Part shown: positions 8,656 through 18,294 of the stretch, one piece after another | Numbering within the stretch: the first letter of the stretch is position 1 | Layout: each line of letters begins with the position of its first letter | IMG/VR virus record: IMGVR_UViG_3300043436_002205 | Length of the DNA: 64,000 bases | Strand: one strand, 5' to 3' | Source: a virus | Lineage: Duplodnaviria > Heunggongvirae > Uroviricota > Caudoviricetes | The notes under the pieces: model-generated | The model's database searches: none | Seen by the model: only the letters and a program-made list of their open reading frames with translations | What the model was told of the DNA's origin: nothing | Made by a program: the position numbers and the translations under genes

Positions 8656-9021
8656 ATGACTTGGAACCTGTTTCTTGATGACGAACGTAACCTCGAGGAT
8701 GCCACTTGGGCACCTTGGCAGGTTCGCGAGAAGTATCGTAACGAAGAGTGGGTGATCTGCCGCAATTTTTATGAAGTTGTTATAGCTGTTAGGACGAGAG
8801 GAATGCCATCATATATTTCATTTGATCACGATCTTGGTCAAGATGAACCCACCGGTCACGATGTCGCTAAACGTATTATGTATTGGGATATGAATGATAA
8901 GCGCTACCCGCTTCCAGACAACTTTGACTTCTACGTCCACTCACAAAACCCTATCGGCAAAGCAAACATCGAAGGCTTGCTGAACAACTATCTGAGGATT
9001 ATAAATGCTAATCGTATTTGA
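8656..9021 (+). CDS. hypothetical protein
   Basis: 121-aa ORF, tightly spaced to its neighbours. Confidence 0.45.
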   Translation: MTWNLFLDDERNLEDATWAPWQVREKYRNEEWVICRNFYEVVIAVRTRGMPSYISFDHDLGQDEPTGHDVAKRIMYWDMNDKRYPLPDNFDFYVHSQNPIGKANIEGLLNNYLRIINANRI

Positions 9022-9451
9022 CTTGGACGGAACACTCGCTAACATCGAGCATCGTTTGGACTATGTTCGTAGCAAGCCTAAGAACTGGGCTGCATTTGAT
9101 GCTGGCATTCCGAATGATAAAGTGAACCGATTTGTTGCGGAAGCCTTTCACTCTCTAAGTGCTGCTAGGAACACCATTGTCCTAGCGAGCGGTCGCAACG
9201 AGCGCAGTCGTGAAGCCACAGTCGCATGGTTGACTAAGAACAACCTGCATACGTGGGACAAGCTCTACATGCGTCCCGCAGATGACTTCCGTGGTGATGA
9301 TATTGTAAAGCGTGAAATGCTGGATCAAATCATCTCTGACTTTGGTAAGAAGCCAGACATGGTGTTTGACGATCGTCCTCGCGTGGTTCGCATGTGGCGT
9401 GATGCTGGTATCTTTGTGTTTAACGTCTATCAAGGTGAGGAGGACTTCTAA
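9005..9451 (+). CDS. HAD-family polynucleotide 3'-phosphatase (phosphatase domain of T4 Pnk, as a stand-alone gene)
   Basis: HAD motif I FDLDGTL, SGR motif, and a C-terminal DDRPRVVRMWRDAG matching T4 Pnk DDRTQVVEMWRRIG. Confidence 0.7.
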   Translation: MLIVFDLDGTLANIEHRLDYVRSKPKNWAAFDAGIPNDKVNRFVAEAFHSLSAARNTIVLASGRNERSREATVAWLTKNNLHTWDKLYMRPADDFRGDDIVKREMLDQIISDFGKKPDMVFDDRPRVVRMWRDAGIFVFNVYQGEEDF

Positions 9452-9775
9452 TGGGTAAACATATCAAAACTCAACTGGACTACGATCTAATCGAAACTCT
9501 TGCACAGGAGTTGCATCGAGTGGATCCAGATAATGCTAAACTGAAACACTATCTGGCAATGGATAACTTTGAAGGTGGAGAGCTGCGTAAGGCAGTTACA
9601 AAGGTGAGCAAATGATTGACACAGCAGGCGCATATATTCTTATTCTAATCAGCTCTTATAACGGAGCTGCTATTACAACACTGGAATTCCCTAATTATGA
9701 TTCTTGCAAATCTGCTATTACACAGCTTGAGCCGGTGCGCGCCTTGGAAGGATATTGTATTGCAAAGGAAGTAAA

Positions 9776-10024
9776 ATGACTGACGAAGAACTGGTGAAGC
9801 GGCTGCGGAAGCGGCAAGAGTTTGAGTCTATTGACGGGTACAAGCGGATTGAGTGGAAAGATGAAGATGCTCTCGAAGCCGCCGACCGCATCGAAGAACT
9901 AGAGGACAATCTGGCGAAGGCCGTCGGGGGTCTTAATGCAATCTATGTTTGGGGAGAAGACACGTATGCAAGAGATATGGCCCGCACCACGCTGGGCGAG
10001 ATTGCGGGAAAGAAGACATGGTAA
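9776..10024 (+). CDS. hypothetical protein
   Basis: ORF in the 9755 frame. The ATG at 9776 (MTDEELVKR) is the preferred start. Confidence 0.35.
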   Translation: MTDEELVKRLRKRQEFESIDGYKRIEWKDEDALEAADRIEELEDNLAKAVGGLNAIYVWGEDTYARDMARTTLGEIAGKKTW

Positions 10025-10314
10025 GTAACGAAGAACTAAAATCTCCAATTAATGCCTTCCAACAGTTAATGGCAATTACAGCAGAAGAATCGGGCGAATT
10101 AACTCAAGTCTGCATGAAAATTATGCGTAAGTATGATAACATGGAAGATATGTCTAAAGACAAATATAGGTATCAACTAGTTGAAGAAGCAGGTGATGTG
10201 CTTTGTATGATTAAACTAATGGTAGAACACGGCGTCTTGACTAATGATGAATTAGATGATAGAGTAGATGTAAAGCGAAATAAACTTAAAACTTGGAGTA
10301 ATTTAATTAAATGA
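10018..10314 (+). CDS. mazG: MazG-like nucleoside triphosphate pyrophosphohydrolase
   Basis: MazG-domain signature (AITAEESGELTQ...EEAGDVLCMI). Start taken at the ATG overlapping the upstream stop (ATGGTAA). Confidence 0.75.
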   Translation: MVSNEELKSPINAFQQLMAITAEESGELTQVCMKIMRKYDNMEDMSKDKYRYQLVEEAGDVLCMIKLMVEHGVLTNDELDDRVDVKRNKLKTWSNLIK

Positions 10315-10622
10315 CCAAATATGTAATCGTAACTGCTATCTCGTCTTACCGTATGCGGTATTGTATTCCTGTAGATGAACTGCAGGAATTGAACGTTGAA
10401 GTTCCTGTCGAAGGACGTGAGATCGAATGGGCTGAAGACTGTGTTACCTGTGACGAGGTAGTAGAGTTTTCTCAGAAGCACGTTGGCGAGACTATCATCG
10501 ACTCGGAGATTCTCACCGAAGAACAGATGCTCGAGAAGTTCGACGCTGACAACGACTATCTTAAAGATTGGACTCGTGAGAAGAAGGTCGAATACGTTCG
10601 CAATTGGAAAAATATTTCCTAA
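10311..10622 (+). CDS. hypothetical acidic protein
   Basis: 103-aa ORF. Confidence 0.45.
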   Translation: MTKYVIVTAISSYRMRYCIPVDELQELNVEVPVEGREIEWAEDCVTCDEVVEFSQKHVGETIIDSEILTEEQMLEKFDADNDYLKDWTREKKVEYVRNWKNIS

Positions 10623-10648
10623 AAAATCGTGGTCAGTGCACTTTCCTA

Positions 10649-10707
10649 TTTACATTCGTTTAGAATCAGTGTATTCTAATAATGTAAGGAACGAAAGGAA
10701 ACTGACC
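10649..10707 (+). promoter_or_regulatory. conserved early/middle promoter copy 2
   Basis: TTTACA, then TAGAAT-cagtgt-ATTCTA, then the shared leader. Near-identical to copy 1, including the upstream GTGCACTTTCC. Confidence 0.55.
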
Positions 10708-10914
10708 ATGATGACCTTCAACGAACACAACGAAGCTACCAACTCCATCAAGCCGGTTATGATCCATAAGACTTTCAAAGGTTACATGGTCTTTACCCCC
10801 GAGGGTCGTCTGCTCGACAACTTCACCTCAGCCGGTCCTTTCGTGGACTTCGAAGCTGCTAAGCGTAACGCCGAAACGAATGTCGGTATGGCAATGAACT
10901 GGAGTGACTTCTAA
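10708..10914 (+). CDS. hypothetical small protein
   Basis: The ATG follows the shared leader. The listed ORF at 10483 would read through the promoter element. Confidence 0.45.
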   Translation: MMTFNEHNEATNSIKPVMIHKTFKGYMVFTPEGRLLDNFTSAGPFVDFEAAKRNAETNVGMAMNWSDF

Positions 10915-11225
10915 TGACCGCTGTAATGATCCCCGTCGTCTTTCTTATCGTACTCGTTGTGTACGGTGCAATCGAAGATCTTGTGCTAGGAAAAGCAGAA
11001 TGACTTGTTCTTCGTGTAACAGTGACTGCAACCAGGGTCGTGCCTGCCCAAGCCGAAGTAGTATTGAAAGAGTAGGCTTCCTTCGGATTAAGTGGTCCGG
11101 TTTTCATTGGTATCGTGCCGAAGATTTTGAAGAAGTCACTGATGGTTACAGCTATGCAGATGGTGCCATCGTGTTGGGTTTGTTTGTCTATCGGTATCGT
11201 GTATGGCGCAAAGCAAAGATTAAAA

Positions 11226-11417
11226 ATGACTGACGAAAAACAATACGAAGTGGCGAATGGTCTCTGGATTGGTTCTAAATTTGGAGACCTCCGCCGCGAA
11301 CGAGAGAAGCTTATGAAGAAACTCGTTCAAGATAATGACGCTTCGGTAAAGCCACGAATTCGTGAACTCACTCTTGAGATGACAGAGTATCTATCGAGTC
11401 GAAAAAGGAACACCTAA
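11226..11417 (+). CDS. hypothetical small protein
   Basis: Internal ATG (MTDEKQY...) of ORF 11115..11417. Its stop overlaps the rnlA start. Confidence 0.35.
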   Translation: MTDEKQYEVANGLWIGSKFGDLRREREKLMKKLVQDNDASVKPRIRELTLEMTEYLSSRKRNT

Positions 11418-12559
11418 TGCACTACGCCTTTCCTATCATACGCACCATCGAAGACGTCCTTCCTCACATCGAAGGTCGTCCTGAGTTCGTTGTGGCAGAA
11501 CGTGAAGGGTATACCATCGTCAACTATGTGGTGGCGATGGCTGACACCTTTGATATGACTGGCCCCGATGACCTTGGTGGCGCGATCCGCCGTGAATGCC
11601 GTGGTCTTATCTTTGATGCTGATGGTAACCTGATGAGCCGCCCGTTTCACAAGTTCTTCAACGTGAACGAACGTGAAGAGACTCAAGCACATCGGTTGGA
11701 TCTCAGTGTTTTGTTTGATCACGTGATCATGGAAAAGCTCGATGGTTCGATGATCCGTCCTATCTTGGTCGATGGTTACCTTCGTCTTGCTACCAAGATG
11801 GGCGTGACTGAAGTGGCTATGCAGGCTGAGACCTGGCTTGCTGCTCAGGACCCTTCGTTGAACGAATGGCTTCGTCAGTGTGTACACGACTCGGTGACTC
11901 CGATCTTTGAGTGGGTAAGCCCGTTCAACCAGATCGTGTTGGCATACGAAGAAGCAGACCTCGTGTATCTTGGTACTCGTGACAACGCAACCGGTGCGTA
12001 TGTAATGGATAAGTCTTGTCCGTTCTCCACTGTTCCTCGTTATGGTAGTGTAGAAGGCAACCTTGCTGACTACATTAGCCGTCAGCGCGGTGCAGAAGGT
12101 CGTGAGGGTGACATCATTCGTTTTGCTGATGGCCATATGGTTAAGGTCAAGAATGATTGGTATGTGCGTATCCACAAGACTGTGGATCGTATCGTGTTCG
12201 ACCGTAACATCGTTGCTCTTATCCTCAACGAGGAAATGGACGACGTGATGCCGATGCTACCTGTCATTCAGGCAAACCGTGTTCGTAACTTTGAGGTTCG
12301 TTTTGCAGAGCGGCTTCATGCTGTCGTAGAAATCTACGATCGCTACTGGAACACCGTGGTCGCAAGCGGTCTCGACCGCAAGCGTTACGCTTTGGAGTGG
12401 ATGCCGTCCATCAAGGACAACGACTCATTCGCTCCTAACTATGTGTTTGGGCGTTTCGCTGGCCGTGACGGTCGCGAGATGATCCTTGATCATATCGAAA
12501 AGCAATTGTCGTCTAACGTCAAGTGGGATGAATGCGCAACTTGGATGGGAATGAAGTAA
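11417..12559 (+). CDS. rnlA: RNA ligase 1 (T4 RnlA-like)
   Basis: KxDG motif EKLDGSM. Blocks ECRGLIFD, FHKFFNVNE, SPFNQIVLAYEE, EGDIIRFADGHMVKVKNDWYV parallel T4 Rnl1 ([50 protein letters not shown]). Confidence 0.75.
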   Translation: MHYAFPIIRTIEDVLPHIEGRPEFVVAEREGYTIVNYVVAMADTFDMTGPDDLGGAIRRECRGLIFDADGNLMSRPFHKFFNVNEREETQAHRLDLSVLFDHVIMEKLDGSMIRPILVDGYLRLATKMGVTEVAMQAETWLAAQDPSLNEWLRQCVHDSVTPIFEWVSPFNQIVLAYEEADLVYLGTRDNATGAYVMDKSCPFSTVPRYGSVEGNLADYISRQRGAEGREGDIIRFADGHMVKVKNDWYVRIHKTVDRIVFDRNIVALILNEEMDDVMPMLPVIQANRVRNFEVRFAERLHAVVEIYDRYWNTVVASGLDRKRYALEWMPSIKDNDSFAPNYVFGRFAGRDGREMILDHIEKQLSSNVKWDECATWMGMK

Positions 12560-12802
12560 ATGACTTATTGGGCTACACTATGGTACTCTGGTGCGGTCGT
12601 GATGCAGCTTGGCTATGAAGGTCAAACTGCCGACGAGTGTTTGTCACTCACGCGAACGATGACGTTAGACCTTGAGCAGAGTTATGCGGAACCGGAAAAT
12701 ATCGATCCGCAAACTTTGTTCATGTTTCCGACGAATGAATTCGCCGTGAGCTGCGAGATGGAAGAGCTCGGCATCGATGAAAAATACGCTAAAGAGAATT
12801 GA
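12560..12802 (+). CDS. hypothetical protein
   Basis: 80-aa ORF with an ATGA-type overlap to the upstream gene. Confidence 0.4.
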   Translation: MTYWATLWYSGAVVMQLGYEGQTADECLSLTRTMTLDLEQSYAEPENIDPQTLFMFPTNEFAVSCEMEELGIDEKYAKEN

Positions 12803-12805
12803 AAG

Positions 12806-13039
12806 ATGGTCGAATTTGTAGATGTAGCAATTAGCGACCTTGTTTCAGTTACAAAGTTCCTTCGCAGCATCAATCCATCCTTTAAGGATAAGCTCGTTGT
12901 AGGTATTGAAAAACCACAAAGCATGGACCGAAGCGTGGTGTTTCATCTGTCTTCAAAAGAAGACGTAGAAGAAGACATCATCTTTATGCTATGTGCCGAA
13001 TATATTCTTGAACATCCCTATTGGAAACAAAATAAATAG
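12806..13039 (+). CDS. hypothetical protein
   Basis: 77-aa ORF. Confidence 0.4.
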   Translation: MVEFVDVAISDLVSVTKFLRSINPSFKDKLVVGIEKPQSMDRSVVFHLSSKEDVEEDIIFMLCAEYILEHPYWKQNK

Positions 13040-13166
13040 TTCTTTAATAGGATGGGAGTGATTGCATGTCTTTGGTACAGGAACTAGAAGATCTCATAAG
13101 AAGAACTGGCTCTCATCACGACAGAGAGATCCTGACGAGAGTTTTAGAACAACTAAGTAAATCTGC

Positions 13167-13192
13167 AAAAAGCTCTTCGTGAAATTTCACGA
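13167..13192. other. perfect 13-bp inverted repeat hairpin (GCTCTTCGTGAAA/TTTCACGAAGAGC)
   Basis: Seen directly. An A-run precedes it on the plus strand, and a T-run follows it on the minus strand. Confidence 0.4.
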
Positions 13193-13699
13193 AGAGCGCA
13201 AGGTTGTAAGAAAGTAACTTTAGAATAAGAGGGCGATATGGCAACGAAGCAAGAATATGCAAAATGGTGTATGATGCTAATCGAGGGTGAGGATTTCATG
13301 GTGGATGATATCTTTGAAGCAATGCACGATGATGGTTTTATTGACGAAGCTCAAGAATGGGTATATGATGAAGACGAAGATAACTGAAGCAGAGATGCTG
13401 AATGATATTCTTTGGTTGCTTACTATCGTAAAGCAAGTATCCGACTATCGGATTGATAATGAAAAACTAAAAGAGATACGAGAAAAATATGAATGAATTT
13501 GTTGTTCTAGGCATTGTGTTATTGCTCGTAGCTACATTCATTCGTGGCGCGATCATCGTGTTTTCAAAAAATTTTTGGTTAGCGCTAGCGCTATTCTTTT
13601 TAATCCTTCCTCTCTTTGTACTATGGGCATTCGTCGAAGGATTTTTTAACTGGTCGGACTGATAAATAAGTTAGGTATTTCAATAGGATTGGAGCATAA

Positions 13700-13951
13700 A
13701 TGATTACAATATACGGTAAGGACAACTGCCACTGGTGCCAAGAAGCAAAAAAGATCGCCGAGCAATACGACTTAAAGTACGAATACAAGAATACCGGGTT
13801 TACAGATAACCGCGATGAAATGTTTGAACGTTATCCAGAAGTAAAGACGGTTCCGCAGATCTGGTGGGATGAGAGACACATCGGAGGATACTCGGAATTC
13901 GTAAAAGAGATCGAAGATACACTAGGAAATTACGGCCAGTCAGCTTTTTGA
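13700..13951 (+). CDS. nrdC: glutaredoxin (NrdC-like)
   Basis: CHWC active site. TVPQIW...IGGY glutaredoxin signature. About 83 aa. Confidence 0.8.
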   Translation: MITIYGKDNCHWCQEAKKIAEQYDLKYEYKNTGFTDNRDEMFERYPEVKTVPQIWWDERHIGGYSEFVKEIEDTLGNYGQSAF

Positions 13952-13952
13952 G

Positions 13953-13993
13953 TTGACATTCTGATAGAATCAGTATACTCTAGTAAATATCAT
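13953..13993 (+). promoter_or_regulatory. conserved early/middle promoter copy 3 (divergent: TTGACA-ttctga-TAGAAT-cagtat-ACTCTA)
   Basis: Same architecture as the other copies but with a degenerate palindrome and leader. Confidence 0.45.
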
Positions 13994-14248
13994 ATGGAGA
14001 TAGACATGGCTACCAAGACAGAAGCTTCTGACTATGAGATTCATCTTGTTACTCTTATGAGGGACTATCATCTAACTCTATCGGAAGCACTCAGCTTTGA
14101 CTTTGAAGCAGAATGCATCGATATATCAAACGTCTTTGATCCGTGCGAATTTCTTGAAGAAAAACTTGTTGACCTTGAAAAGGTCATGTACTACATGATG
14201 GTATGGACCGGCCAAGAGCTGGATATTGAACTGAAGAAGATCCAATAA
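13994..14248 (+). CDS. hypothetical acidic protein
   Basis: ORF downstream of promoter copy 3. Confidence 0.45.
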   Translation: MEIDMATKTEASDYEIHLVTLMRDYHLTLSEALSFDFEAECIDISNVFDPCEFLEEKLVDLEKVMYYMMVWTGQELDIELKKIQ

Positions 14249-14592
14249 TGACTATGCATTTGATTCGAGGGATGACTTCCCTCAACACTCGTAAGAGAAA
14301 GCCAAAGACCAAAACGAAGCGTATGATCGAAGCCGAAGCGGAACACGCTCGGTTTCTTGCTCGTGCTGGCTATAAAGGAAACTCAAAGGACTACCGTTAC
14401 GAGATTCCGGACTACAACACTGGCCCTCGAGTCACAAGCGATGTTGTTGCCGCCAACGGCGCAAAGAAAGCTAGCGTTAAGTACACAGGCAATGAGATCC
14501 TCGGCATTGCGACCACGCACAAGTCCAACATGGTTCCTATTCGTAAAGACAATAAACAGGCTGCGGTTGATGCAGCGAGTATGAGAAGATAG
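14248..14592 (+). CDS. hypothetical basic protein
   Basis: 114-aa ORF. Confidence 0.45.
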   Translation: MTMHLIRGMTSLNTRKRKPKTKTKRMIEAEAEHARFLARAGYKGNSKDYRYEIPDYNTGPRVTSDVVAANGAKKASVKYTGNEILGIATTHKSNMVPIRKDNKQAAVDAASMRR

Positions 14593-14595
14593 ATA

Positions 14596-15423
14596 TTGAA
14601 GAGATTACTGTACCAGTTTCACGTCGACTTTAAAGATAGAAGTAAGAATGTTTTCGGCGAAAGCTTTGATCGAGTTTCGGTTGGAGAATACTGGAAACAT
14701 AGCACAACTTTTGCAAAAGCATACTGTGAGAGATATGGTATCGACTATAAGTTTGAGTTCCTAAGTGAAGAGGAATATAAACCTTGGGCATTTGGCGTTG
14801 AGACCTTTGATAAGTATAGAGCAGTTCAACATCTAAAGGATTACGATCAGGTTCTATACGTAGACACCGACGTGATCATACACCAAAATGCCGATAACAT
14901 CTTTGAAGAATTTATGCATAGCGGACTCGTCGGTTACTTTGATAATGTCGCTGATAGATATATTCATAGGGATAGCAGCTCGCTCGGAAAGATAAATTCT
15001 GGTGTCATACTGTTTAATAACACAAATAGAAATTTAAAGAACGGACATGGAAAACTATATAACATGGATATATTTTCTGGTAACTATCCATGCAGAGGAA
15101 CTCCATCTGAAACTCATATACTTGAGAAATTTTCAAAGGGCAAATGGTGGGAGCATTGGGAAGAAAAGCATTCTGAAAACGTAATTTATCTAAAGAACAA
15201 AACAGCTTCAGATGAAAATTTCTTTCACTACATTGTGAACTTATATACTCTACTTCCATTCCATATCGGAAGAAAGTATAACTATCGCAGAAAATTTAGC
15301 GAAAAGCCATTCTTTAGAAGTGGATCGGAAATGATTGAGGTGTCTCCAAGCTTTATTCATTATGAAGGCGCATCTAAAAAACTAATTTATAAAGACTTCG
15401 AAGAAGGTTTATTTTTTAAATGA
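14596..15423 (+). CDS. GT8-like nucleotide-diphospho-sugar glycosyltransferase (GT-A fold)
   Basis: DxD motif in LYVDTDVIIHQ, and INSGVILFNN resembling the GT8 NSGVM motif. Confidence 0.5.
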   Translation: MKRLLYQFHVDFKDRSKNVFGESFDRVSVGEYWKHSTTFAKAYCERYGIDYKFEFLSEEEYKPWAFGVETFDKYRAVQHLKDYDQVLYVDTDVIIHQNADNIFEEFMHSGLVGYFDNVADRYIHRDSSSLGKINSGVILFNNTNRNLKNGHGKLYNMDIFSGNYPCRGTPSETHILEKFSKGKWWEHWEEKHSENVIYLKNKTASDENFFHYIVNLYTLLPFHIGRKYNYRRKFSEKPFFRSGSEMIEVSPSFIHYEGASKKLIYKDFEEGLFFK

Positions 15424-16355
15424 AAAGAGTTCTTGTAACTGGTGCAGCAGGATTTATTGGAGCTTCACTATCCGCTCGTCTTCGCGATTGCGGTTACGAG
15501 ATAATTGGTATTGACAACTATTGTGATTACTATCCAGCTACACTTAAGGTGGATAGAGTTAAGCATTTTCGCTTGCCTCCAGTACACCTAGTAGATATCA
15601 TTCATAAAGAAGCTCTATCTCGCTTTATTAAGAGTGCGAAGCCAGACATTGTTGTACACCTAGCAGCGATGGCGGGTGTAAGATATTCTATGAAGAACCC
15701 TGGTATCTACCATAAGGTAAACATAGACGGAACTCAAAACGTTATTGATGCGTGCAAAGAAAACGGCATAGAAAAAGTCGTCTATGCATCTACTTCTAGC
15801 GTCTGCGCTGGAATCGAACAACTTCCATGGAGAGAAGACGAACCGGTTCTTCATCAGATAAGTCCGTATGGATACACTAAGTTTGTTAATGAATGCCAGT
15901 TTAAGATGTCTGGCCTGAACGACATCGGTCTTCGTTTCTTCACAGTATATGGACCTTGGGGTAGACCCGACATGGCTCTCTATGACTTCACAAAGAACAT
16001 TCTCAATCGTGAAAAGATAAAGCTGTATAACTATGGAAACATGAAGCGCGATTTCACGTACATTGATGATATCGTGAAAGGTGTTCAGATAGTGATGGAA
16101 AACGACAGTATTCCTTCGAACGAGATCTTTAACATAGGTAACACTCAGCAAGTCACTCTTAAACGTTTCGTAGAAGCAATCGAAACGGCGACTGGAAAGA
16201 AAGCTGATATTGAGTATATCGAACACCAAGCAGGCGATTGTCTTGAGACTCAGTCTGACGTATCAAAACTTGTAAAGTATGGTTATCAACCTTCAGTCAA
16301 TATCGAAGAAGGTGTTGCTTCATTCGTTGATTGGTACACTTCATATCATAAGTAG
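15420..16355 (+). CDS. NAD-dependent nucleotide-sugar epimerase/dehydratase (UDP-glucuronate/UDP-glucose 4-epimerase family)
   Basis: Extended-SDR N-terminus VLVTGAAGFIGASL and catalytic YGYTK (YxxxK). About 311 aa. Confidence 0.8.
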   Translation: MKRVLVTGAAGFIGASLSARLRDCGYEIIGIDNYCDYYPATLKVDRVKHFRLPPVHLVDIIHKEALSRFIKSAKPDIVVHLAAMAGVRYSMKNPGIYHKVNIDGTQNVIDACKENGIEKVVYASTSSVCAGIEQLPWREDEPVLHQISPYGYTKFVNECQFKMSGLNDIGLRFFTVYGPWGRPDMALYDFTKNILNREKIKLYNYGNMKRDFTYIDDIVKGVQIVMENDSIPSNEIFNIGNTQQVTLKRFVEAIETATGKKADIEYIEHQAGDCLETQSDVSKLVKYGYQPSVNIEEGVASFVDWYTSYHK

Positions 16356-16391
16356 TCTAAGATAAATATCTCTACAAGATGGAGATATTTT

Positions 16392-16958
16392 ATGATAGTT
16401 GCTGGTATTGATTATAGTTTGACGAGCCCCGCTATATGCGTTCACGAGGGCGATGAATGGAACGTGAAAAACTGCCGTTTCTACTATGTCGTACATCGAG
16501 AGAAATCAGTCGTTGTCTCTGGGCAGTTCTATGGAGAGATGTATCAAGAGTATCTTTGCGACGCGCATCGATACGATAACCTCTCAAAGTGGTCACTCAA
16601 GACTCTCACATCAAACAACGTAACTAAGTGCTTCATTGAAGGATACGCCTTCAATGCTGTCGGCCGAGTCTTTCAGATAGCAGAGAACACCGGCCAACTA
16701 AAGTATCGTCTTTGGAAAGACAAGATTCCCTTTCAAGTGTTTGCGCCACCCGAGATCAAAAAGTTTGCTACCACGAAGGGAAACGCAAACAAAGAAAAGA
16801 TGTATGAAAGCTTTTTTGAAGAAACAATGGTTGACATTCGCGTAGAATTGGATATATTAAATAAGAATCAATGGAATCCGGTTTCGGACATTGTTGATTC
16901 CTACTATATCGCAAAGCTAGGCTTCATAAAGGAAAAAGAAAATGTGGATCAAGCGTAA
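16392..16958 (+). CDS. RuvC-like Holliday junction resolvase (RNase H fold), putative
   Basis: GIDYSLTSPAICV N-terminus resembles RuvC GIDPG. Internal E (IEGYAF). C-terminal DIVDSYYIA resembles RuvC DAADALAIA. Confidence 0.45.
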   Translation: MIVAGIDYSLTSPAICVHEGDEWNVKNCRFYYVVHREKSVVVSGQFYGEMYQEYLCDAHRYDNLSKWSLKTLTSNNVTKCFIEGYAFNAVGRVFQIAENTGQLKYRLWKDKIPFQVFAPPEIKKFATTKGNANKEKMYESFFEETMVDIRVELDILNKNQWNPVSDIVDSYYIAKLGFIKEKENVDQA

Positions 16959-17163
16959 GAGCATTCTGACTGGTGTTGAGCGTACTCGCAACATTCCGGT
17001 TAACCCTGACGACATGGCTGCTTGGGAAACTGGCCTAGGCAACATTCAGGAGCTGATGCCGTATCTTAACGATACCGACCGCGAGTTCATTCTTTCCGGT
17101 ATCACTGCCAAGGAGTGGGATGAAGCATTTGCAGAAGCATCGACGGAGGAGCATAGGTTTTGA
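16942..17163 (+). CDS. hypothetical protein
   Basis: 73-aa ORF overlapping its neighbours. Confidence 0.4.
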   Translation: MWIKRKSILTGVERTRNIPVNPDDMAAWETGLGNIQELMPYLNDTDREFILSGITAKEWDEAFAEASTEEHRF

Positions 17164-17795
17164 TCGTAATTTTTAATGGTCCTCCTGGATCTGGTAAAGA
17201 TGAATCTGCGGCGTATTTCGCTCGCCGCGGATTTACTCATTTAAGTTTTAAGGATGTTCTATTCGAAGAGACCATCTCTTTCTTTGGCGTTGACAAAGAA
17301 TGGTTCATGGATGGCTATAACGATAGATCCGTCAAAGAGAGAAAAGAAGAACTTCTCGAAGACATGTCGAGACGAGAAGCTATGATCTATGTATCAGAAG
17401 TGATCACGAAACCTGCCTTCGGTAAGGACGTATTTGGTGTCGCAGTGGCATCGAAGATCGAAGATGGCGTTGACTACGCGATCTCAGACGGCGGCTTCGA
17501 AGAGGAATTAGTTCCATTAATAAATAGAGTTAGAGCTGAAAATATACTATTGGTTCAGCTTACACGCAATGGGTGCGACTACTCTTCAGACTCACGCCGA
17601 TATTTCAATGGAAGATTAGAAAAAGAATACGTTATTCGCGAGACGACAGAGATCGATAGCGAACACGTGCTCTCTCACAAATTTCCAATCCGTACCTATC
17701 GTGTACATAACAATGGTTCTCTTGAGGAGTTCCATGATGTTCTCCAAGATATTTACGATAAGGAACGTGATGCAAAAACAGAAAACAAAACCTAG
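17160..17795 (+). CDS. deoxynucleoside monophosphate kinase (T4 gp1-like)
   Basis: P-loop NGPPGSGKD. C-terminal NNGSLEEFHD parallels T4 dNMP kinase NDGSLEELF. Confidence 0.6.
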   Translation: MIVIFNGPPGSGKDESAAYFARRGFTHLSFKDVLFEETISFFGVDKEWFMDGYNDRSVKERKEELLEDMSRREAMIYVSEVITKPAFGKDVFGVAVASKIEDGVDYAISDGGFEEELVPLINRVRAENILLVQLTRNGCDYSSDSRRYFNGRLEKEYVIRETTEIDSEHVLSHKFPIRTYRVHNNGSLEEFHDVLQDIYDKERDAKTENKT

Positions 17796-17991
17796 GGTTT
17801 TCTATGAAAATCCATACGACTTAGAGACATTATTCGAATCGTTATCAATTGCGTCAGAACATGATAAGGAACTTATATTCGTCGATAGACTCATCTCTCT
17901 ATTGAGATTAGACCCAGAAGTCGATCTAACAACTCTTAACTTCAAGATACTTAAAGATCTTAACCTCGTAACACTTGAAATGACCAACTAA
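17770..17991 (+). CDS. hypothetical protein
   Basis: Internal ATG of ORF 17701..17991, chosen to avoid a long overlap with the upstream gene. Confidence 0.35.
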   Translation: MQKQKTKPRVFYENPYDLETLFESLSIASEHDKELIFVDRLISLLRLDPEVDLTTLNFKILKDLNLVTLEMTN

Positions 17992-18005
17992 GGAGATACT
18001 ATATT

Positions 18006-18284
18006 ATGGCAAAGGGAAAGAGCTCGTCCGGTAAAAATTATGTTTCTAAGGGCGAAAACAAAAACGTTAACTCCAAGCTTTTGAATAGCATTCGCGCCGA
18101 AAGAACTGGCGCCGATGACATGCTCAATAAGCAGCGTGCATGGGTGAATGGATCGAACCCATGGCTGACCATCGAGAATCCAAACAAAGAACAGACGAAT
18201 AAGCGTTTCATTCGTGTTCGAATGAACGATCTGAACGGTGGACCCGCAAAAGAGCGCTCCAAAAAAATCTTTGCTATGACCTAA
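18006..18284 (+). CDS. hypothetical basic protein
   Basis: GGAGA RBS upstream. 92 aa. Confidence 0.4.
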   Translation: MAKGKSSSGKNYVSKGENKNVNSKLLNSIRAERTGADDMLNKQRAWVNGSNPWLTIENPNKEQTNKRFIRVRMNDLNGGPAKERSKKIFAMT

Positions 18285-18294
18285 GGAAACAGTT

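Noticed and set aside
10637-10705. 7-bp inverted repeat GGTCAGT/ACTGACC flanking promoter copy 2, suggestive of a mobile-element terminal repeat.
   Set aside because: It is present in only this copy. The other five copies lack flanking repeats, so it is probably coincidental.
10483-10707. N-terminal extension of ORF 10483..10914 (and similarly 9949..10017, 8361..8492, 31881..31994, 31156..31194, 5228..5287).
   Set aside because: The extensions read through conserved promoter/leader elements or an upstream gene, lack an RBS, and have low-complexity translations. Internal ATGs with good RBS or coupling overlaps were chosen instead.
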